DNA of 64,000 nt from Thermoplasmata archaeon (GTDB taxonomy: Archaea; Thermoplasmatota; Thermoplasmata; Lutacidiplasmatales; UBA184), in NCBI GenBank assembly GCA_021806135.1, contig JAJZYB010000007.1, forward strand, positions 217 to 64,216. Direction: 5' to 3'. How positions within the stretch are numbered: the first letter of the stretch is position 1; every line of letters starts with the position of its first letter. A program made the translations under genes and the position numbers. The notes beneath the pieces were generated by a model. It saw nothing but the letters and a program-made list of their open reading frames with translations, was not told the DNA's origin and ran no database searches. Positions 58,469-64,000 of the stretch are shown here, in pieces.

Positions 58469-58767
58469 CAAGCGATGCCGCTGTATTTCAAGTCCCCGGA
58501 GCCGGGGGGGGCGCTCACCGGTCGTGAGCACCGCACAACGCCTGCTCCGGTGCGTCCGTAGCATCCCCCCCCGTCGGTTCGGTCGATCGGTGAAGGCCAT
58601 GTGGAACCCGACCCATCCGAGGAGCTACGCCCCCGTCAGTGATCTCGCGTTCCGTTCCCTATTCCCGGAGCCCAGTACCCTGGGAACTCGCCCGGGGGGA
58701 CCAGGGGCGTTCCCCCCAATGGGAGAGCCCGCGGGTGGGCCCGACGGGGAGACGGGGTCGGCTCGTG

Positions 58768-59460
58768 TCAGGCCCGGTAGCTCTCCTTCGTCTCGGTGGC
58801 GCCCTTGGGGTAGTGCTGCTTCAGGTGCTCCGTGAGGACGGTGGGGTCCGCCTTGAGGTGGCTGGAGTACCAGGAGACCACGAGGTCCTTCAGGGACTTG
58901 TGGAGGTCCCCCAGGCTCACCTCCTCGAGGGGTTCGTCGTAGAGGACCGCCTGGCGGATCACCCGCATCCACCCGGAGTACTTGTGATAGGTCTCTCCCT
59001 CGCACCACTCGAAGATCATCCGGAGGTGGGAGCGGCCCTTCGCGTCCGGGTAGTACCAGGTCTTGAGCGCGCTGCCGAGCCAGCTGGGAGCGCGGTCCTT
59101 GAGCTCCATCACCTGGACAGCGCCGAAGTCGAACGTCTCCTTGAAGGCCCACTTCAGGGGGAACTCGGTGAAGGTGGCGAAGAGGGTCTGGGAGGGTTCC
59201 AAGGTGAGGTGGACGGAGATGTCCTCGAAGATGTTGTGGACCTCCCAGAGGTCCTGGAGGAGGCGCCGGTTGAGGCTGGCGCGTCGGGAGGGATCCTCCT
59301 CGGCCCGGGCCACGGTCGCCTGTTGGGTGTGGGTCAGTTCCTCCCGGAGGGAAGCGAGGAAGTCGTCCTCGGGAAGGGCCACGGCCGTGCTGGTCTCCTC
59401 GTCCTCGTCCGGTGGGAGGGGAACCGGCTGGTCCTCCTTCTTACCGCGTCCTCTGGGCAT
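58768..59460 (-). CDS. Conserved hypothetical protein
   Basis: 230 aa globular-looking ORF with strong host codon bias, divergent from dnaG. Confidence 0.8.
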   Translation of the reverse strand: MPRGRGKKEDQPVPLPPDEDEETSTAVALPEDDFLASLREELTHTQQATVARAEEDPSRRASLNRRLLQDLWEVHNIFEDISVHLTLEPSQTLFATFTEFPLKWAFKETFDFGAVQVMELKDRAPSWLGSALKTWYYPDAKGRSHLRMIFEWCEGETYHKYSGWMRVIRQAVLYDEPLEEVSLGDLHKSLKDLVVSWYSSHLKADPTVLTEHLKQHYPKGATETKESYRA

Positions 59461-59640
59461 GATCTCCTCGGGGCCGCGCTACACCCACCGTCTACAAGAC
59501 CCTTGCCCCGGGCCGGAGGGGGGGATGCGGGAGAAGGAGGCCCCGGTGCGTAGGGGCGGGCACGGGGGCGGATCCGGGCATCGCGGGGGGTAATGCGAGC
59601 GCACGAGCCTTTTAATACCCCGCGTGCGTCAATCCCATCA

Positions 59641-59775
59641 GGACAGCCAGGTTGAGGGAGGGAGAGATTCCCCTCGTTCCGTTTACGGGAGATGCTTATC
59701 TTATGCTCAAAGCTAAGTTGATGCACCGGCTCCGGAAACGGGCCGAAGAGAGCTAGTCCTCCTCCCGCCCGTCCG
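59641..59775 (+). other. Candidate structured leader RNA or 34-aa ORF upstream of dnaG
   Basis: Follows TTTAATA at 59611; complementary 5' and 3' ends, a GAAA-loop hairpin, and an open frame 59652-59756. Confidence 0.3.
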
Positions 59776-59829
59776 TCCTTGCCGGGGCCCTGTAGGGTAG
59801 CCCGGCGCCATGCAACGAGGAAACAGAAC

Positions 59830-61179
59830 ATGAACGTAGACCCCAATGCGACGAAATACATGATCCGCGCCCGGATCTCCGCCGACGGTGTCATCGAGAA
59901 ACCCGACGTGGTCGGGGCGGTCTTTGGCCAGACGGAAGGGCTGCTCGGCGACGAACTGGACCTGAGGGACCTTCAGAAGAGCGGCCGGGTGGGCCGGATC
60001 GAGGTGGAGATCGACTCGAAGAAAGGGAAGAGCGAGGGCGAGGTGCTCATTCCCTCCTCCCTGGACCAGGTGGAGACCGCCATCCTCGCGAGCGGCCTCG
60101 AGACCGTGGACCGGATCGGGCCATGCAAGGCCCGGATCGAGGTGGTCACGGTGGAGGACGTCCGGACCGCGAAGCGGGCCCGGATCGTGGACCGGGCCAA
60201 GGGCATCCTGAACAAGATGATGACCGAATCCAAGGACGTGGGGGCCGACCTGGCGGATGAGGTCCGCAAGTCTGTCCAGGTGGAGGAGATCACCTCCTAC
60301 GGCCGGGAGCGTCTGCCGGCCGGGCCGAACGTGGACGCCTCCGACGCCATCATCGTGGTGGAGGGCCGCTCCGACGTGCTGAACCTCCTAAGCTGTGGGA
60401 TCAAGAACGTCATCGCCGTGGAGGGGACCTCGGTCCCGGAGACGGTCCGGGAGCTCTCCCGGGGGAAGACCGTGACGGCCTTCACCGACGGGGACCGCTC
60501 GGGGGAGCTCATCCTGAGGGAGATGCTCCAGACCATGGATGTCGACTTCGTGGCCCGGGCGCCCCGGGGGACGGAGGTGGAGGACCTCACCCAGAAGCAG
60601 ATCATGAAGTGCCTGCGGAACAAGATCCCCATCAACCAGTACCTGGAGATGACGGGCTTCGAGGCCACCGGCGCTTCCCGTGGTCCTATGGACGAGCGCG
60701 GGGGACCCGGGAGTCCCCGGGAAGGGAGCGGAGGGGGCCGGCCGGACCGACAGGGTCTCTCCCCACCCCGCCGGGAGGCCCCGGAGCCTGGAGTCCCGGC
60801 GCCGAGCCGGCTGCCTCCCGCCCCGCCGAGGCCCGTGGAGGCCCCGCGTCCTCCGCCGCCCCCAGCCCCCGTGGACCCCCGTCTGGCCCGGTTCTTCGCG
60901 GACCTGAACGCCCTGGAGAACCCCTCCCGGGCGCGGTTCCTCGGGGATGGGGACAACATCCTGACCGAGATCCCCGCCAAGGACGTGGTGGAGAACCTCG
61001 TCAAGAGCGAGGGAGGCATCAAGACCCTCATCTTCGATGGGGTCGTGAGCCAGCGCCTCCTGGACGTGGCCCAAGAGAAGGGCATCCAGGAAGTGGTGGC
61101 GGTCCGTTTGGGCGCCATCGGGAAGATGCCCGAAGGCATCCGGGTGTACACCCGGGCGGATCTGGAAGCCCCGGCCTAG
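59830..61179 (+). CDS. dnaG: Archaeal DnaG (exosome-associated, TOPRIM domain)
   Basis: EKPDVVGAVFGQTEGLLG..LDLRDLQ, VVEGRSDV, DGDRSG, FDGVVSQRLLD. Confidence 0.96.
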   Translation: MNVDPNATKYMIRARISADGVIEKPDVVGAVFGQTEGLLGDELDLRDLQKSGRVGRIEVEIDSKKGKSEGEVLIPSSLDQVETAILASGLETVDRIGPCKARIEVVTVEDVRTAKRARIVDRAKGILNKMMTESKDVGADLADEVRKSVQVEEITSYGRERLPAGPNVDASDAIIVVEGRSDVLNLLSCGIKNVIAVEGTSVPETVRELSRGKTVTAFTDGDRSGELILREMLQTMDVDFVARAPRGTEVEDLTQKQIMKCLRNKIPINQYLEMTGFEATGASRGPMDERGGPGSPREGSGGGRPDRQGLSPPRREAPEPGVPAPSRLPPAPPRPVEAPRPPPPPAPVDPRLARFFADLNALENPSRARFLGDGDNILTEIPAKDVVENLVKSEGGIKTLIFDGVVSQRLLDVAQEKGIQEVVAVRLGAIGKMPEGIRVYTRADLEAPA

Positions 61180-61222
61180 GGATCCAGCCCGTTCGGGGAG
61201 CTTTCCCGGGGAGGCGAGGAGC

Positions 61223-62785
61223 GTGAACGGCGCGTCCGGTTCCGGTCGGGGGAGGGGGGCTACCCTCTCCCTGGAGGAGATCTCCAGCACGCTGGAAGTG
61301 CCGATCCCGTCCGACCCTCTGGAGCGGGTGATCGGCCAGGACCGGGCGGTGGAGCTCGCCCGGATCGCGGCGTATCAGCGTCGGCACCTCCTCTTGGTGG
61401 GCCCCCCCGGTATCGGCAAGTCCATGACCGCCCAGGCGCTCGCGCTCCACCTCCCTCGCCCGAAGCAGGAGCTCCGGGTGGTGCACAATCCGGAGAACCC
61501 CGAGCGCCCCACCATTGAGGTGGTGACCCGGGATGACGTGGTCGCGGAGCGGGAGCGGGCCCGGGGGGTGGAAGGGGAGCTCCATCGGCCCCAGGACGTG
61601 CCGAACACGGTGGCGGAGCGGCTGGGGTACCGGTGCCCCCGGTGCGGTTTCTACTCGTTGCCCAGCGAGCGGCAGTGTCCGAGCTGCGGGAACATGAAGC
61701 AGATCCTCCCGAGCTCTACGGGCTCGTCGGGGAACCCCTTCCGGGACCTGGTGGGGGGGATCTTGGAGGTCACGGTGGGAGGAGCGGGAGGCCTGTCGGA
61801 GGCCGTGCGGACCACCCGGCTGAAGAACGGGGTGGAGGAGGTGGTGGCGTACGAGCGAGCGGGGGAGATGATCAAGTTGCTCGACCAGCCCGCGCTTGAA
61901 CGGCGGCGGCAGTTGCAGCGGGAGACGCCGTACAAGGTGCTGGTGAAGATCGATCGGAACCCGTTCGTGATGTGCACGGGGGCGAGCGAGACCGAGCTGT
62001 TGGGGGACGTCCGGCACGACCCGTATGGCGGGCATCCGCAGTTGGGATCCCTTCCGTACGACCGGGTGATACCGGGGTCGATCCATGAGGCGCACGAAGG
62101 GGTGCTCTTCATCGACGAGCTTCCGCACCTCGGGCCGTTGCAGCGGTTCATCCTCACGGCCATGCAGGAGCGGCGGTTCCCGATCTCGGGGCGGAACCCG
62201 CAGAGCGGGGGGGCGTCGGTCCGGGTGGATGCGGTGCCGTGCGACTTCATCCTGGTGGCGGCCTGCAACATCCAAGACGTGAACCGGATCCTGGCGCCGT
62301 TGAGATCGCGGATCGCCGGTGGGGGGTACGAGACGTTGCTGGAGACGGCGATGCCGGACACGGAGGGGAACCGCCGGAAGCTGGTCCAGTTCTGTGCGCA
62401 GGAGATCGCGGTGGATGGCCGGATCCCGCCAGCCTCCCGAGGGGCGTTGGAGGAGTTCATCCTGGAGGCCCGGCGGCGGGCGGAGCGGACGGACGGGCAG
62501 CGGAACGCGCTCACGCTGCGGTTGAGGGAGATGGGGGGGCTGCTCCGGGCGGCCGGGGACCTCGCCACGGTGGAGCACGCGGAGATGATCGAGGCGGCGC
62601 ACCTGAGGGAAGCGATCCGGCGGGGGCGGCCGATCGAGGAGCAGATCCGGAGCCGGTATGGGTCGTTGGCCGGCGGGATACGGTCGGACTCCACGGAGTC
62701 GCAGCGCGAGGGCATGGGGTATTACTACTGGAACCACCAGGAGGAGACGCCTCCGGGGGGCCCAGGGCCGTCGGGGTATGGCTGA
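61223..62785 (+). CDS. Archaeal Lon-like AAA+ ATPase with Zn ribbon and no protease domain
   Basis: VIGQD, GPPGIGKS, CPRC-x9-CPSC, LLGDVRHDPYG, AHEGVLFIDE, LRSRI. Confidence 0.9.
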   Translation: MNGASGSGRGRGATLSLEEISSTLEVPIPSDPLERVIGQDRAVELARIAAYQRRHLLLVGPPGIGKSMTAQALALHLPRPKQELRVVHNPENPERPTIEVVTRDDVVAERERARGVEGELHRPQDVPNTVAERLGYRCPRCGFYSLPSERQCPSCGNMKQILPSSTGSSGNPFRDLVGGILEVTVGGAGGLSEAVRTTRLKNGVEEVVAYERAGEMIKLLDQPALERRRQLQRETPYKVLVKIDRNPFVMCTGASETELLGDVRHDPYGGHPQLGSLPYDRVIPGSIHEAHEGVLFIDELPHLGPLQRFILTAMQERRFPISGRNPQSGGASVRVDAVPCDFILVAACNIQDVNRILAPLRSRIAGGGYETLLETAMPDTEGNRRKLVQFCAQEIAVDGRIPPASRGALEEFILEARRRAERTDGQRNALTLRLREMGGLLRAAGDLATVEHAEMIEAAHLREAIRRGRPIEEQIRSRYGSLAGGIRSDSTESQREGMGYYYWNHQEETPPGGPGPSGYG

Positions 62786-62840
62786 GGGGGTTCGGCCCTT
62801 CCGCTACCCTTAAGGCGGCCTTCCGGGTGGGCCGCGGGGC

Positions 62841-62913
62841 GGGCGCGTGGTCTAGTGGTTATGACGTCTCCCTGACACGGAGGAGGTCCCCAGTTCGAAT
62901 CTGGGCGCGCCCA
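62841..62913 (+). tRNA. tRNA-Val (GAC)
   Basis: Acceptor stem GGGCGCG/CGCGCCC-A, D arm TGGTCTAGTGG, anticodon loop CT-GAC-AC, TTCGAAT; CCA not encoded; cttaag box upstream. Confidence 0.97.
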
Positions 62914-63360
62914 CTGCGCTTTTCAAGAGCCATCGTGATTCATCGGCTTGCGCCCTCGAGACTTGATCCCACGGCGGACAAGTCTTGCGGACCCGGACAA
63001 TCCATTTCGCGGCTCGGGTCAAACGCGCCCCTACAACCCGACCAGGGCGTGCTGGAGGACGGATTACCGGAGCTCTTCCAGGGAGCGCCAGAACTCCACA
63101 TGCTCCGCCTTCCTCGCTAGCGACTTCAGATAGCGGGTCCGCTTCCCCCTGATGATGACGTCGTACGAATCTTCATGCGATTGGCTGGCAACGCGACGTG
63201 AATCGCGTCCGCCCCTTCCCAGTTGCCCTTCTACGAGATCGGGGAACGCGGTCACGGCGTCGGCGACCTCGAAGGCGCGGGGCCGCTCCGATGAACGCCG
63301 TCGGATAGATTCACCCCAGAGCCTGGTTCTCCTCGTCCGACCTCGAGGGAGGGATGCACG

Positions 63361-64000
63361 ATGAGGTTCACCGTGCTTGGTAGCAGCGGCGCCTGGCCCA
63401 CGGCCGGACGAGCGTGCAGTGGCTTTCTGCTCGAATCAGCCGGCACGTTCGTTGTCCTCGACCTCGGATTCGGAGTGTTGTCCCGACTTCTCGGGCACTG
63501 CGGTGCCGAGGATGTCCGCGCGGTTTTCGTCACGCACGCGCACGCGGACCACTGCGTCGACCTCTACGGCCTCAACCGGGCTCGGGCCTTGCCACGCCCG
63601 CCCTTCCCGCCACTCCCGATCTATGCCCTCCCCGAGGTAATGGACCGAGTGGGCAGCCTCGACGGACTCGAGGAGCGCGACCGGCTGAAGCGAGAGTGTG
63701 AATTCCACCCGATAGGTCCCGACCAATCGATGGACGTCGGACCGTTCCGGGTCCGGACGTTCGGGCTACCTCACTTCGTCCCCAACCTCGGTTTCCGCAT
63801 CGAGGCCGACGGTATTGTGATCGCGTACACGGGCGACACCGGACCGACTCCTCGAGTCGCGGAGCTCGCGCGCGGAACCGACCTGTTCGTGTGTGAGGCG
63901 ACCCACCAGGAGGTGCCGCCCGAAGGCACGAATCGGTTCCTCCTCACAGCGGCCGAGGCCGGGCGGTACGCGCGCGAAGCCGGCGTGGCCCGGCTGATGC
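63361..64000 (+). CDS. MBL-fold metallo-hydrolase (RNase Z/YhfI-like), truncated by the window end
   Basis: Own translation: MRFTVLGSSGAWP...DLG.G...THAHADH...PH...YTGDTG...CEAT; no stop before 64000. Not in the ORF track. Confidence 0.88.
   Translation, partial: MRFTVLGSSGAWPTAGRACSGFLLESAGTFVVLDLGFGVLSRLLGHCGAEDVRAVFVTHAHADHCVDLYGLNRARALPRPPFPPLPIYALPEVMDRVGSLDGLEERDRLKRECEFHPIGPDQSMDVGPFRVRTFGLPHFVPNLGFRIEADGIVIAYTGDTGPTPRVAELARGTDLFVCEATHQEVPPEGTNRFLLTAAEAGRYAREAGVARLM

Noticed and set aside
58469-58767. Replication origin upstream of DP1
   Set aside because: No cdc6/orc1 gene, no ORB repeats and no AT-rich unwinding element seen.
59641-59829. RNase P or SRP RNA
   Set aside because: It lacks the GAGGAAAGUCC and SRP helix-8 consensus motifs and is too short; kept only as an unknown leader.
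63064-63255. 63-aa minus-strand ORF after the tRNA
   Set aside because: No recognisable domain; possibly a gene fragment, not supportable as a feature.

Overview
High-GC archaeal chromosome segment, most likely a Thermoplasmata-like, probably aerobic and acid-tolerant lineage. The archaeal call rests on PolD small subunit DP1, archaeal DnaG, XPD, AbrB-PhoU and HTH-10 regulators, TATA-type promoters and a tRNA without encoded CCA; the finer lineage is inference. About 60 real genes are present, and most long Arg/Pro/Gly-rich ORFs in the track are shadow frames. The centrepiece (25.9-43.4 kb) is a cytochrome-c-free respiratory locus: tatA, a degenerate Rieske protein, tatC, a tatB-like gene, a small membrane ORF, Rieske, cytochrome b, a small membrane ORF, an N-terminally extended A1-type coxI, ctaA and ctaB. 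Nearby are a PhoU regulator, two blue-copper proteins and a subunit II that is split into two genes. A recurring GTTCRTAC motif sits in the promoters of this locus. Other notable items are a U32 Fe-S protein divergent from a stand-alone chorismate mutase (a possible prephenate-dependent hydroxylase module), a frameshifted duplicate of an HTH regulator, a triple Zn-ribbon/RGG protein, bacterial-type xfp-ackA and pntAB, heptose genes, and a possible island starting at tRNA-Val(GAC). No CRISPR array, rRNA or intact transposase was seen.
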